A stretch of 64,000 bases of DNA from Armatimonadota bacterium (GTDB lineage Bacteria > Armatimonadota > UBA5829 > DSUL01). A program made the position numbers and the translations under genes. Location: assembly GCA_039811685.1 (NCBI GenBank), contig JBDHZC010000006.1:32001-96000 (forward strand). Direction: 5' to 3'. The notes beneath the pieces are model-generated. The model saw only the letters and a list, made by a program, of their open reading frames with translations. It did no database searches and was not told the origin of the DNA. Positions 21,301 to 30,654 of this stretch are shown piece after piece. Positions within the stretch are counted from its first letter, which is position 1. Every line of letters starts with the position of its first letter.

Positions 21301-21786
21301 ACCTTCCCGCGCCGATCCAAGGAGCCTTTCACCTGCGCGGCTGACTGGATCAAGCCGGCGTCTATGGGCGGTGGAGACTACCTGGGGCTTTTCGTCACAA
21401 CGGCCGGTCCCAATCCTGCAGTGGAGGCTGCGAAGTGGCGCGAGGAAGGCAGGTTGCTGGATTCACACATTCTCTCATGCGTTGGTATTGAAACGGCAGA
21501 GGCGACCGCCGAGTGGATTCATCAGAAGATGCGCGCGGACTGGGGCTTTCCCGATCCGGCTTTCTTCGGGTATCAGGAGCTGTTCAAGACGCGCTATCGT
21601 GGCATCAGGCTCAGCTTCGGCTATCCGGCCAGTCCGGAACTGGCCTATCAGCGCGATCTGTTTTCTATCCTGCGTCCGTACGCCAAGATCGGCGTGGCCC
21701 TGACCGACGGTGACATGATGGAACCGGAGTCCTCCGTATCGGCGCTGGTGTTCCACCACCCGGACGGCCACTACTTCGTAACTTGA
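18328..21786 (+). CDS. metH: Cobalamin-dependent methionine synthase
   Basis: DGAMGT, NCATG, GGCCGT, GERTN pterin domain, SNVSFG, GDVHDIGKN B12 motif, RLSFGYP and PESSVSA activation domain. Confidence 0.96.
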   Translation: MSISTISDKTQELRNELSRRILVLDGAMGTSLEHMRPSAADFGGEELEGCNEALNINAPQFVQAVHRSFLDAGCDVLETNSFNGSAIVLAEYGLQDRVIEINRRAAELACEAAESISDKRRVFVAGAIGPTNKAITVTGGTTFDALVETFREQATGLILGGVDYILLETQQDTVNVKAALIGVQQAMKDTGRPLPIAVSATIEMNGTMLAGQNVEALYYTLAGQDLLYLGLNCATGPDLMTDHIRTLSQISHFPVSCVPNAGLPNTDGEYDQTADDFRSAFKRFASEGFVNVVGGCCGTTPAHIQALAEVAAEFPPRKPQPQAQRAALAGAEPLLLDDITRPLFVGERTNVIGSRKFRRLISEGKFEAAAEIGKEQVQKGAHIVDLCTADPDRNEQDDLLVILQSLLRKVRVPVMIDSTDGEVIHAALKRIGGKPVINSINLEDGEKRFEQICPLARRYGAALVVGLIDEDKQAGMAVTVERKLEIAERSYRLLTEKYDIAPGEIIFDPLVFPAGTGDPNYKGAAEATIKGVRAIKERFPDVFTVLGISNVSFGLPAAGREVLNSVFLYENTQAGLDMAIVNTAGIRRYAQLSEDEIRLSMDLLYERTEDPIAAFAEFFREARETAREDELAHMSAEERISRCVLDGTRDGLEGFLDEALTRATPLEIINGPLMAGMDEVGRLFGDNKLIVAEVLESAEAMKAAVDYLKQFLDSAESAATKGKMLLATVKGDVHDIGKNLVDMILSNNGYEIVNLGIKVPPETLIEAVHQHKPDIIGLSGLLVRSAQQMVVTAQDFTAAGVDVPLIVGGAALTKKFTMTRISDAYGAPTFYAGEAMEGLQYANRLVDEAERPKLLETLAKERAAVTETAPPPPPEPVAIERPEWNAVEIPQPPDMEEHVLHGIPIEEVTPLLNRIMVFGKHLGLKTPIRRLEDETDVKAQELKDHVDRVIQEAHTRGMLRPRAVWRWLPAESEGDIIRLRDPDSGDTLVEWTFPRRSKEPFTCAADWIKPASMGGGDYLGLFVTTAGPNPAVEAAKWREEGRLLDSHILSCVGIETAEATAEWIHQKMRADWGFPDPAFFGYQELFKTRYRGIRLSFGYPASPELAYQRDLFSILRPYAKIGVALTDGDMMEPESSVSALVFHHPDGHYFVT

Positions 21787-21814
21787 CAACCACCTGTCAG
21801 ACGGACAGGCGCTG

Positions 21815-22525
21815 ATGCCGTACCGCTACGATGCTTCCGTGCAGGAAGTGATCCGCGAGACACCGGACGTCGTCACACTGCGCCTTGGCCCAACTCCAGC
21901 AAGTCTCATGTGGGACCCGGGACAGTTCGTGATGCTCAGTTGTCAGACTCCGCAGGGACTTCTGCGCCGCGCCTATTCGATTGCAAACCCTCCAGGGCGC
22001 AGCGGACACATAGATATTACAGTTCGAGCGGGCACGGGCGTCTCGGCGTTTTTGTGCAACGGTATCTCAGCAGGCTCGGAGATCGCCTTCAGCGGCCCTT
22101 ACGGCCGGTTTATCTACAGAGAGACGGACTCTGACAGCATCGGACTGGTGGCCGCGGGCAGTGGGATTGTGCCTCTGATGTGTATCCTGCGCCATCTGCG
22201 GGACACGCGTGCGAACGTGTCCAGAGCGCTACTGCTGAGCGACCGGAGCGAAGATGACCTCATCTACCGCAAAGAGCTTCTTCAGATGAGCGAATCCGCA
22301 GGATTGGAGCTCAGTTTTGCGCTGACACGCCCAACTGCTGACGACTGGCGTGGGTTCAACGGCAGGATTAACCGTGAGATGACCGCGCGCTGGTTGGATG
22401 GACTGCGAGCAACACCGGACAGATTCTTCGTATGCGGTCCATTGGAGATGTGCCGCGAGACAAAGGAGCATCTGATTGGTCTTGGCGCGCGGCCGGATAG
22501 AGTTCTGACAGAGTTTTTCGGATAA
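21815..22525 (+). CDS. Ferredoxin-NADP reductase-like FAD/NAD(P)-binding oxidoreductase
   Basis: PGQF, RAYSIA, GPYG, AAGSGIVP, VCGP, terminal E-F-F. Confidence 0.9.
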   Translation: MPYRYDASVQEVIRETPDVVTLRLGPTPASLMWDPGQFVMLSCQTPQGLLRRAYSIANPPGRSGHIDITVRAGTGVSAFLCNGISAGSEIAFSGPYGRFIYRETDSDSIGLVAAGSGIVPLMCILRHLRDTRANVSRALLLSDRSEDDLIYRKELLQMSESAGLELSFALTRPTADDWRGFNGRINREMTARWLDGLRATPDRFFVCGPLEMCRETKEHLIGLGARPDRVLTEFFG

Positions 22526-22776
22526 ACACCAAATTCCCACAGAAAAACCCAGCAATAGTACGGGGATTTATCAAAAAACGTTGTCAGGCGGCAGTAGCGC
22601 TGGTACACTTGATTCAGTACGCAGAATTACTGGTTTCGCGGTGGACAGGTTGGCATGACGCTTCTTAGCCGCGGACTGGCTGGTGCGCTTTTCTCCCAGG
22701 CTAGTACATAGCGCATCGCAGTAACAACAAAGAGTTTCGCCCCATTGTTAGAAAACTCAGGGGGAGGGGATGTCGG

Positions 22777-23454
22777 ATGAACAAAAAGAGTTTGTGGATT
22801 ATTGGCGCGCTCGTTGCGACGGCCGTAGCAGGCGGGCGAGCTGGTGCGCAGATAGTGCCAAACGGCCTGCCGGCCGGATACGCTGTGCCTTCGATGTGGA
22901 CGGCCGCCGGACCACTTTCTCCGCAGCCTCCCAGGTACACCGCTCAGGTGTTCTGGGCGTACGAGCTCAAAGCAGGCGTTTACACTTACTGGTACAGAGT
23001 TGACCATCTGGGTCCAGGGCCTTCCTCGGGCAACCCGGCGATCATTGACAACATCGCATCTGCCGCTTTGGGAGTGGATCCGTCACTGATCGTGCAGAAA
23101 AACGGTGTGTACCAGTTTGGACAAAACGACACAGCGCAAAACAGACCCGGGCAATCCTGGGCGGCTGAACTGGTGAATGCGCAGGACACGTCCATCGGCT
23201 GGGGATGGCAGGGCAACGCAGCTTACAATCAGGTACAGCCGTATGAGACCGAGCTGCTGTGGTTGCAGTCTCCCTACGGGCCCACCAGCGTTACTTTCAG
23301 CCTGGATGTCCCGGAGCCGTGCCAGTGCGGACGAGCTTATACGACTATTGTGAAGGGTCCGGGCACGCCACCAGTGCCGGAGCCGGCGTCCATGGCGCTG
23401 GCTGCCGTCGGGCTGACAGTAGTTGGCTATGTAAGGCGACGACGCCTGAGCTAG
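22777..23454 (+). CDS. PEP-CTERM sorting-domain protein
   Basis: Signal peptide; C-terminal VPEPASMALAAVGLTVVGYVRRRR; RBS GGGGAGG. Confidence 0.9.
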   Translation: MNKKSLWIIGALVATAVAGGRAGAQIVPNGLPAGYAVPSMWTAAGPLSPQPPRYTAQVFWAYELKAGVYTYWYRVDHLGPGPSSGNPAIIDNIASAALGVDPSLIVQKNGVYQFGQNDTAQNRPGQSWAAELVNAQDTSIGWGWQGNAAYNQVQPYETELLWLQSPYGPTSVTFSLDVPEPCQCGRAYTTIVKGPGTPPVPEPASMALAAVGLTVVGYVRRRRLS

Positions 23455-23476
23455 CATTTTTCCTGTCTGAAATATG

Positions 23477-23510
23477 ATAAAGCCCCGGTGATTCTTCACC
23501 GGGGCTTTAT
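23477..23510. terminator. Bidirectional intrinsic terminator
   Basis: Perfect inverted repeat ATAAAGCCCCGGTGA-TTCT-TCACCGGGGCTTTAT between convergent genes. Confidence 0.85.
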
Positions 23511-23532
23511 TGGCACGTTGCCATAAAACGGG

Positions 23533-24363
23533 TCAAATAAACTCGAGCGGCGGTACTTCCGGGATCAGTCCCCTGTCGCTAGCGCGGCCCAGAAGCTCTT
23601 CGACCGCTCGCCTTCCCCGTTCACCGTAGTCCACCGTCAGATCGTTGACGTACATGCTGACAAAGGTGTCGGCTCTGGCGTCTTCCAGACCTCGACCGAA
23701 CTGCTCGGCATAGCGCAGAGCCAACTCCCGATGCTCCAGAGCATAGCTGATGGACTTGCGCACCATCTCAGTCAGTCTGCGTTGCTCGTCCACGGGGATG
23801 TCGCGGCGCACACCGTTGCCACCCAGAGGAAGCGGCAGGCCCGTCTCCTCCAGCCACTCCTCACCCAGATCCAAAAGTTTGACCAGCCCGTGGTCTTCAT
23901 AGGTGAGCTGACCCTCGTGAATGATCAGTCCTGCTTCAACTTCTCCAGCAGCAACGCGCTCGAGGATCTCGTCAAAGCGCATCACTTTGTACTTCACTTC
24001 GGGGTAGTAGAGTTTCAACGCCAGAAAGGCGGTCGTGCGCTCGCCCGGGATGGCAACTTCCAGATCGTTGATATCTTTGTCCGCCGTCTCCTCACGCGCA
24101 ATGACTATCGGGCCATAGCCATCTCCCATGCTGGCCCCACACGACATCAGGGCGTATTTATCCGCAAGGTAGGCGTAGGCGTGCATCGAGAAAGCCGTGA
24201 TCTCATAGGCCCCTTCCAGCGCGCGCTGATTGAGAGTTTCTATGTCCGCCAGGACATGCTCCACCTCGTAGTCTCCCGTTGAGACTTTTCCGTGGGACAT
24301 AGCCCAGAACATAAACGCGTCATCTGAGTCCGGACTGTGCGCCACGGTGATTTTCTTCGGCAT
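23533..24363 (-). CDS. mqnD: MqnD-family 1,4-dihydroxy-6-naphthoate synthase (futalosine pathway)
   Basis: AHSPDSDDAFMF, DIETLN, GASMGDGYGP, IHEGQLTY, LPLPLG, MYVN. Confidence 0.85.
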   Translation of the reverse strand: MPKKITVAHSPDSDDAFMFWAMSHGKVSTGDYEVEHVLADIETLNQRALEGAYEITAFSMHAYAYLADKYALMSCGASMGDGYGPIVIAREETADKDINDLEVAIPGERTTAFLALKLYYPEVKYKVMRFDEILERVAAGEVEAGLIIHEGQLTYEDHGLVKLLDLGEEWLEETGLPLPLGGNGVRRDIPVDEQRRLTEMVRKSISYALEHRELALRYAEQFGRGLEDARADTFVSMYVNDLTVDYGERGRRAVEELLGRASDRGLIPEVPPLEFI

Positions 24364-24608
24364 GGGTGTCTCCTTCCGCCGGGCGCTCTGCCCGTTCACA
24401 ATAGTCTGAATCGGCGCAGCGCTTTCGCGCGTCCCGCCAGTGTGTATAGTGCGCCAAATTCCACCCGCCCGCAAGCTCAGGGAGCCAGTGTCCGCGTTAC
24501 CAGACGTGCCAGTTTCCCGCTCGGCCTTACGCGGTCAACCTGGTATCGAAAACGTTATCGCGAGGGACTTCGGACCGTGACTTCAGGTGCAGAGTGAAAA
24601 GACGCGCC

Positions 24609-25547
24609 TCACTCTATGCCCTGGGATGCGAGCCAGCGTTCGGCGTCAATGGCGGCGGCGCAACCAGTACCCGCGGCTGTCACCGCCTGTCTGTAGGTGA
24701 AATCGGCTACGTCTCCGGCGGCAAAAACGCCCTCCACGCTGGTCTTCACACCGTCCACACAAAGATAGCCAACCTCATTCATCTCAAGCTGTCCCTGAAA
24801 GACGGCGGTGTTCGGGTGGTGCCCGATGGCTATGAAAACACCTTCCGTGGCAAAAAGACTGGTTTCGCCCGTCTCGAGGTTCTTGAGCGTGACACCGGTA
24901 ACCTGACCCTGGTCCACGTCGTGAATCTCTTCGATCACCGAGTTCCAAGCGAACTCGATTTTCGGATTGGCAAACGCCCGCTCCTGCATGATTTTGGATG
25001 CGCGCAGCTCATGCCGACGGTGGATGACGGTGACTTTTGAGGCGAACTTTGTGAGAAAGGTCGCCTCTTCTATCGCGGTATCTCCACCGCCGACCACTAC
25101 GATCTCTTTGTCGCGGAAAAAGAAGCCGTCACATGTTGCACAGGCAGACACACCATGCCCCATAAGTTTAGCCTCTGACTCGAGTCCCAGCAGCTTGGCG
25201 GAAGCGCCGGTGCTGATAATGACGCTGTGCGTGAGCAGTTCGTCCTCTCCGTCCACGACGATTTTGAACGGACGGCTGGAGAAATCCACCGAACTCACCA
25301 TTCCCTGACGGGTCTCGGCTCCAAAACGCTCGGCCTGGAGCCGCATCTCTTCCATAAGCGCAGGGCCCATTATCCCATCCTTGAAACCGGGAAAATTCTC
25401 AACTTCCGTGGTGATCATAAGCTGGCCACCAGGATCCTGCCCTGCGATAACCAGCGGGCTCAGATCAGCCCGCGCAGTATAGATGGCCGCCGTCAATCCG
25501 GCTGGCCCGGTGCCAAGTATAGTGACTTTTCGAACGCTGTCCTGCAT
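24609..25547 (-). CDS. trxB: Thioredoxin-disulfide reductase
   Basis: GTGPAG, GGQL, CATCDG, GGGDTA, HRR, FAAGDV, QAVTAAG. Confidence 0.96.
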   Translation of the reverse strand: MQDSVRKVTILGTGPAGLTAAIYTARADLSPLVIAGQDPGGQLMITTEVENFPGFKDGIMGPALMEEMRLQAERFGAETRQGMVSSVDFSSRPFKIVVDGEDELLTHSVIISTGASAKLLGLESEAKLMGHGVSACATCDGFFFRDKEIVVVGGGDTAIEEATFLTKFASKVTVIHRRHELRASKIMQERAFANPKIEFAWNSVIEEIHDVDQGQVTGVTLKNLETGETSLFATEGVFIAIGHHPNTAVFQGQLEMNEVGYLCVDGVKTSVEGVFAAGDVADFTYRQAVTAAGTGCAAAIDAERWLASQGIE

Positions 25548-25679
25548 AAAACTAGATGTAAGTGCCTTTCCGTCGGTAGTATACCCCGAAAGCGGCATGG
25601 CTCCCAGGCTACGGCGCACGGAGGCGCTACGGCGGGCGCAAATTGGCCGGGGAACGCGCGAGCCAGGGCCGAAAGCGGA

Positions 25680-26663
25680 CTACTTCAGACGCTTTGCAGC
25701 GGAGGCTATGAGCGCATCAACAGCGCTGTCGGAGCGAGTGATCCGGCAGCCAGCCGCTCGCCTGTGTCCACCGCCTTTGAACTCTCGAGCCACATCAGCG
25801 ACGTCGACATAGTCCCTCGAGCGCAGACTGACGCGATAGTCTTCCTGAGTTTCACGCAGCAGAATGGCCACCTCAACGCCGGCAATACTGAGCAACTCGT
25901 GCACGACATCGTCCATATCTTCGTGACTGGCCCGATACCTGGCAAAGTCAGCGTCTCTTGCGACTGTCCACGCGAGGCGGCCACTGCACTCCATTTTCAG
26001 CGCTTCCAGACAGTGCCCGCTCATCCGCGTAGCGCCCTCGGAGTGTTGCCAGAAAAGATTTCGCACAACGCGATGCAGGTCGGCTCCCGCCTCCACCAGA
26101 TCGGCGCAGATGCGGAAGGATTTGGGCGAGACGCTCTCATATTGAAAGCATCCGGTGTCCTCGACAATGGACGCAAGCAGGCACTCACCTGCCTCCTCTG
26201 AAATCGATGCGCCCATCCGCTCAGCCAGCGCGGTGATCATCTCGCCCACCGCAGCGGCCTGTGCGTCGATATACTCGATATCGCCAAAAGACTCCCCGAC
26301 GGCATGGTGGTCCACGCGGACAACTTTCCCACAGCGCAGTAGAGCTTCTCTCACGTTCCCTACCCGGTCCAATCCGCCACAATCCACCGCAATACCCAGA
26401 TCGTACGGGCGGTCCGCAGATGTCTGGATAGTCTGAGCTCCGGGCAGAAACTTGTACCGCTGCCCGGCGCCGTCCTGAGAGACAACCTGCACAGTCTTTC
26501 CAAGCCCGCAGAGAATATGGCGCAGCCCGAGAGCCGATCCAATCGCGTCACCATCCGGGTTGATGTGCGTGGTAATCATGATGGTGTCAGCAGACGCGAT
26601 AGCCTCAGCTACCTGATCCATAGCTGCGAATTGTGGGTCGCGATGTGTCCGGTGCGCTTTCAT
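25680..26663 (-). CDS. nrnA: DHH-family phosphoesterase (nanoRNase/pAp phosphatase)
   Basis: THINPDGDAIGS, DHH, DTG, SLRS, GGGH. Confidence 0.9.
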   Translation of the reverse strand: MKAHRTHRDPQFAAMDQVAEAIASADTIMITTHINPDGDAIGSALGLRHILCGLGKTVQVVSQDGAGQRYKFLPGAQTIQTSADRPYDLGIAVDCGGLDRVGNVREALLRCGKVVRVDHHAVGESFGDIEYIDAQAAAVGEMITALAERMGASISEEAGECLLASIVEDTGCFQYESVSPKSFRICADLVEAGADLHRVVRNLFWQHSEGATRMSGHCLEALKMECSGRLAWTVARDADFARYRASHEDMDDVVHELLSIAGVEVAILLRETQEDYRVSLRSRDYVDVADVAREFKGGGHRRAAGCRITRSDSAVDALIASAAKRLK

Positions 26664-26798
26664 AGAGACGGCCTTCCTCGCCTGACAGGCATCTGAAATC
26701 TGTTTGAAGAGCTGCCAGGGGGCATCAGTGCTACCGGCATGACGGCCTGTGCGTCGCGCGTGGGAGCGGAAGAATGAGAAAGCCAGACTGTGAGCAAT

Positions 26799-27488
26799 TC
26801 AGGAGATGAGAGCAGCTATGGACTCGGGATCGTTTCCGAGCTGCTTTCGAAGCCGCGCAAGCCCCCGATTGATGTGTGTGCCCACTGTGTTAATTGGCTC
26901 ATTGAGGATTTCTGAAATCTCCCTGTAGGACTTCTCTTCAAAAAAGAAGAGCTCAATCGGCTTGCGGTAGTGATCCGGCAGATTCGCCAGCGCCTTCTCC
27001 AGCACCGAGCGCTCCTCTGCCCGCTTGACGGAACCATCCACGTGACAGAAGCAGGTGAGAGGACAGTTCTCACAACCCTCTTTGAACTGCTCCAGTGAGA
27101 CTGTGGACTTTTGAGAACGCAGGCAGTCAACGCAAATGTTGCGCACAACTGTCCTCAACCACGCAGAGAAGCGAGACTCTCCCCGGAACTGCCTGGCGCG
27201 GTTGAGCACCTTCATATAGGCAAGCTGGTAGACGTCTTCCGCGTCGTCCTGCGACATCCCGAAGTTGTGAAGCGGCACAGAATAGACCAGCGCCGCGTAT
27301 TTACGAATGAGGGCCGCGCAGGCATCCGCGTCGCCGGCGCGACAGCGATGAATCAGCCGCTCTTCATCCAGATCGAGTGCCCTGGAGTCCTGAGGAGCTG
27401 ATTCAGTGGCTGCTTCGGTGGAGGACTCAACCTCCTCCTGCTCCAACTCCATTTCAGATCTGCTACGTTCTTGCTCGACGATACTCAA
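26799..27488 (-). CDS. ECF RNA polymerase sigma factor
   Basis: DAEDVYQ, FSAWL, LP...Y.EIS..L..PINTV...I.RG; Cys-rich linker between regions 2 and 4. Confidence 0.9.
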   Translation of the reverse strand: MSIVEQERSRSEMELEQEEVESSTEAATESAPQDSRALDLDEERLIHRCRAGDADACAALIRKYAALVYSVPLHNFGMSQDDAEDVYQLAYMKVLNRARQFRGESRFSAWLRTVVRNICVDCLRSQKSTVSLEQFKEGCENCPLTCFCHVDGSVKRAEERSVLEKALANLPDHYRKPIELFFFEEKSYREISEILNEPINTVGTHINRGLARLRKQLGNDPESIAALIS

Positions 27489-27632
27489 TCAGAATCCTTA
27501 TACCTGTCTGCTAGAGAGTGCTGTCATGCGGCTCTTGTCGTCATCTCAGTTACTAGATTACCATGATCGTACCGAACCTGATACCTGATGGGCGCTTCAT
27601 TTATCCGCCCGCATTCCCGGAGAGCACCACCC

Positions 27633-28235
27633 ATGGCATACAAGCTTGTTGACAAATCCGACCCTGTGCTGCGCCAGTCAGCGCGCCAGGTGACTGACTT
27701 CGGCTCCAAGAGGCTCCTCAAACTGGCTGAAGAGATGGACGTGTTGCGTATTGACGAGGGCGGCATCGGTCTGGCTGCGCCACAGATCGGACTTTCTGAG
27801 CGCGTCATCATTGTCGAGGTGCCGGATGAAGATTTCGTCGGGATACCCAACCAGCCCACAGTCCCCGCAATGGTGCTCATTAATCCGGAGATTATCTGGG
27901 AATCCGAAGAAGTCATCAAGCTACCGGAAGGTTGTCTGTCTTTGCCTGGAATGATGGGCAACGTCTTGCGCCCGTCCATAATTCAGGTGCAGGCTCAGGA
28001 TATGGACGGCGATCCCTTCACGATGTTTGCTGACCGCTGGCTGGCGCGTGTCCTTCAGCACGAGATTGACCACCTTGACGGGATACTGTTTCCCGACCGT
28101 ATAGAGAGCGCGGGCGAGCTCTGGTACGTCGAGAGAGTGGATATCTACGACCCGATCTGGAACAACAACCCGGAAATCTGCGAGCTGCGTGAGAAACGCA
28201 ATCACAACGAAAGTGGAGAAACTCGCTACGCCTGA
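27633..28235 (+). CDS. def: Peptide deformylase
   Basis: GIGLAAPQIG, EGCLS, QHEIDHLDG. Confidence 0.95.
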   Translation: MAYKLVDKSDPVLRQSARQVTDFGSKRLLKLAEEMDVLRIDEGGIGLAAPQIGLSERVIIVEVPDEDFVGIPNQPTVPAMVLINPEIIWESEEVIKLPEGCLSLPGMMGNVLRPSIIQVQAQDMDGDPFTMFADRWLARVLQHEIDHLDGILFPDRIESAGELWYVERVDIYDPIWNNNPEICELREKRNHNESGETRYA

Positions 28236-28351
28236 AGCGCCAGCCTGAGCCCGGCATTGGCCAGCAATGCAGCGCCCTCGCCGGGTGCGGCCAGGTGCGG
28301 GGGAAATCCAGAGGCTACTAGACCTGAAAGCCTGCGCAAACGCGATCGCGT

Positions 28352-29464
28352 TCAGGGAGTCTGTGAGGGCCTGCCCGTGGGCGGAACAGTCTGGAGCGCC
28401 GATTGAATCATCACAAACTCACCGAGGTTGTCCGCTGTCAGCAATCCGACCAGGGCGCCAGCTTTCTTGACAGGCAGTGTGCGGCAGTTGCAGTCTTGCA
28501 GGCGCCGGAAAGCTGTCTCCAGCATCTCGGATGCCTCCACCTGCTGAAACTCTCGTCGCATGCTGTCCTGGACCAGAGACTCCGGACCCCGCTGTTGCAG
28601 CGCAGCGACCAGATCTTCGCGCATAAGGATGCCGATGACTTCATCGCCATACAGGACAGGGAAGTCGTGCTGAGACCCGGCCAAAATGCGCTCCACCGCC
28701 TGCCCCAGCTTGTCTGCCGGATTGAGCACGTGGAACTCTGTCACCATAGCTCGGCTTACGGGAATGCCTCCGAGCGCGGTTTTCATCTGCACCATGGAGG
28801 CTTCCTCGGCGGCCCCTATCCAGACGAAGAACGCGATGAAGATCAAGAACGGGTTTCCGGCCATCAAGCCTAGAAAGCCGAATCCCAGGGCGATCATCTG
28901 TCCCACGCTGGCTGCGGCGGCTGTCGCCTGCGAATACTCCATCCGCGTCGCCAGCACGGCGCGCAAGACCCGTCCTCCGTCCATCGGAAATGCCGGGATC
29001 AGGTTAAAGAGAACAAGAAAGACGTTGACGAGGGCCAGCCTCTCCAGAAACGGCCCGTTTGTCATCGTCAGCCCGTTTGTTGGCACGAGCGTATGCGTCG
29101 CTTTGAGTACGGCAAAAAGAACCGCGGCGATAACTACGTTGACTGCCGGACCAGCCAGAGCGACCCACAACTCCTGCACAGGCTCATCCGGCATGCGCTC
29201 CAGTCTGGCCACCCCGCCAATGGGCAACAGCGTTATGTCCCTGGTCTTGATTCCGAAGCGTCTGGCGGTCAGCGCGTGCCCCAGCTCGTGAAAAACGATA
29301 CACGCAAATAGAGCGCTGACGAAGATCAAACCCAGTACGGTGGCGACGGCGCTCTTGCCCTGGAGATAGTACGCCAGAATGACCCACGCGAAAATTAGAA
29401 AGAACGTGGCGTGAACGAATATGTCGATTCCCGCAATCTTTCCAATTTTCCAGGACCATTTCAT
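28352..29464 (-). CDS. Site-2 (M50) intramembrane metalloprotease with CBS pair
   Basis: HELGH, AGPAVN, FNLIPAFPMDGGR; C-terminal CBS repeats. Confidence 0.93.
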   Translation of the reverse strand: MKWSWKIGKIAGIDIFVHATFFLIFAWVILAYYLQGKSAVATVLGLIFVSALFACIVFHELGHALTARRFGIKTRDITLLPIGGVARLERMPDEPVQELWVALAGPAVNVVIAAVLFAVLKATHTLVPTNGLTMTNGPFLERLALVNVFLVLFNLIPAFPMDGGRVLRAVLATRMEYSQATAAAASVGQMIALGFGFLGLMAGNPFLIFIAFFVWIGAAEEASMVQMKTALGGIPVSRAMVTEFHVLNPADKLGQAVERILAGSQHDFPVLYGDEVIGILMREDLVAALQQRGPESLVQDSMRREFQQVEASEMLETAFRRLQDCNCRTLPVKKAGALVGLLTADNLGEFVMIQSALQTVPPTGRPSQTP

Positions 29465-29652
29465 AGTAGTCTCTCGCCTTCCCAAACGGACGCTGCGTTG
29501 CCATCCAGACTCTCTGAAGTTCGGCGTCCATCTGCCAACCCAACTAACGCGAGACGGACGGCAGAAGTTTCTCAGCTCTATAAGCAGCATACCAAAAAAG
29601 GGCCCGGCAAACGCCGAGCCCCGAGCATGCAATCAGATCCCGACAGGATTGA

Positions 29653-30471
29653 TTAGAAATGCCAGTTGTAAGCGACAGACCCAAAAAGATCGGAGTTGTC
29701 GCCGAAGATACCAACCTGAGCGCGCCAGTTGCTGGGATCCGAATAGCGCAGAGCGGCATTTACGTCGTACCCATCGTACTCCACCACAGCGCTGACGCGG
29801 TTGTTAAAGAAGAGCTCACCACCCCCGATGATGCTCTTGTCGAATGCCTTGCTGCCGTATCCCAGGTGCAGTCGCACGCCCACTGAGTTATCTCGAAGGT
29901 CTCGCGGCGCGTGAAGAATGTCCGTGGAAACAACAGCGTACCAGGTAGTATCGATGTCATCGGTGTCTGTGAACACACCAATGCCAAGCTGATACTGCTT
30001 GATCTGCGGGGATTCCAGGCGGACCTTGGCTGCCAGCAACCCCTGACCATTGGAACCACCGCCTGTCCCCAGAGACTGCGACGCCATAAGAGACTCCTCT
30101 CCGCCGCCGCCCAGGCCTCCAGACCCTCCGGATCCAGAACCGCCCGATCCACTGGAGCTGGAGCCATCAACGTGAATCCAGGCGCCACCGATCTCGACAT
30201 TGTTGGCGACACCGACGTTGGCTGAGTAAGACTGAAAGTCCTGATGACCAGCCTGCCCAAAGGCAGCTCCAACCTGCACTTCACCCGTCGGCGAAACATC
30301 CGCAGTCGGCACGGCAATCATCCCAGTCGGTCCCCAGATGGTGTTGAAGCGCGCCGTGCCTGGATTCAGCGCTCCACCTCTTTGCGCAGTCGCGGGAACT
30401 GCGCAGGTCACAAAAGTTGACACCGTCAATACGAGAATGCTTCCTGCGATTCTCACATCTCTTAGAGTCAT
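29653..30471 (-). CDS. YjbH-like outer-membrane beta-barrel protein
   Basis: Signal peptide, GPTGMIAVPTADV motif, amphipathic strands, terminal YNWHF. Confidence 0.6.
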   Translation of the reverse strand: MTLRDVRIAGSILVLTVSTFVTCAVPATAQRGGALNPGTARFNTIWGPTGMIAVPTADVSPTGEVQVGAAFGQAGHQDFQSYSANVGVANNVEIGGAWIHVDGSSSSGSGGSGSGGSGGLGGGGEESLMASQSLGTGGGSNGQGLLAAKVRLESPQIKQYQLGIGVFTDTDDIDTTWYAVVSTDILHAPRDLRDNSVGVRLHLGYGSKAFDKSIIGGGELFFNNRVSAVVEYDGYDVNAALRYSDPSNWRAQVGIFGDNSDLFGSVAYNWHF

Positions 30472-30654
30472 TTATCTATCCTTTCTGCTCAGCTTACCCT
30501 CACCGTCCGGTCCAGCCCTCCAAGTGAAAGCTGCCAGATCCGGTGAAGACCACTGGCACACCCAATTGCGAACCGCTGCTCGCGCGCAAGTTTCCCATTG
30601 CGCCGGGCGGCCAAACTCGACAATCATTTGTCAGAGTTAGTATTGGCCGTTTGC

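Noticed and set aside
22651..22666. TGGCATGACGCTTCT upstream of the PEP-CTERM gene as a sigma54 promoter
   Set aside because: The -24 GG is present but the -12 GC is replaced by CT.
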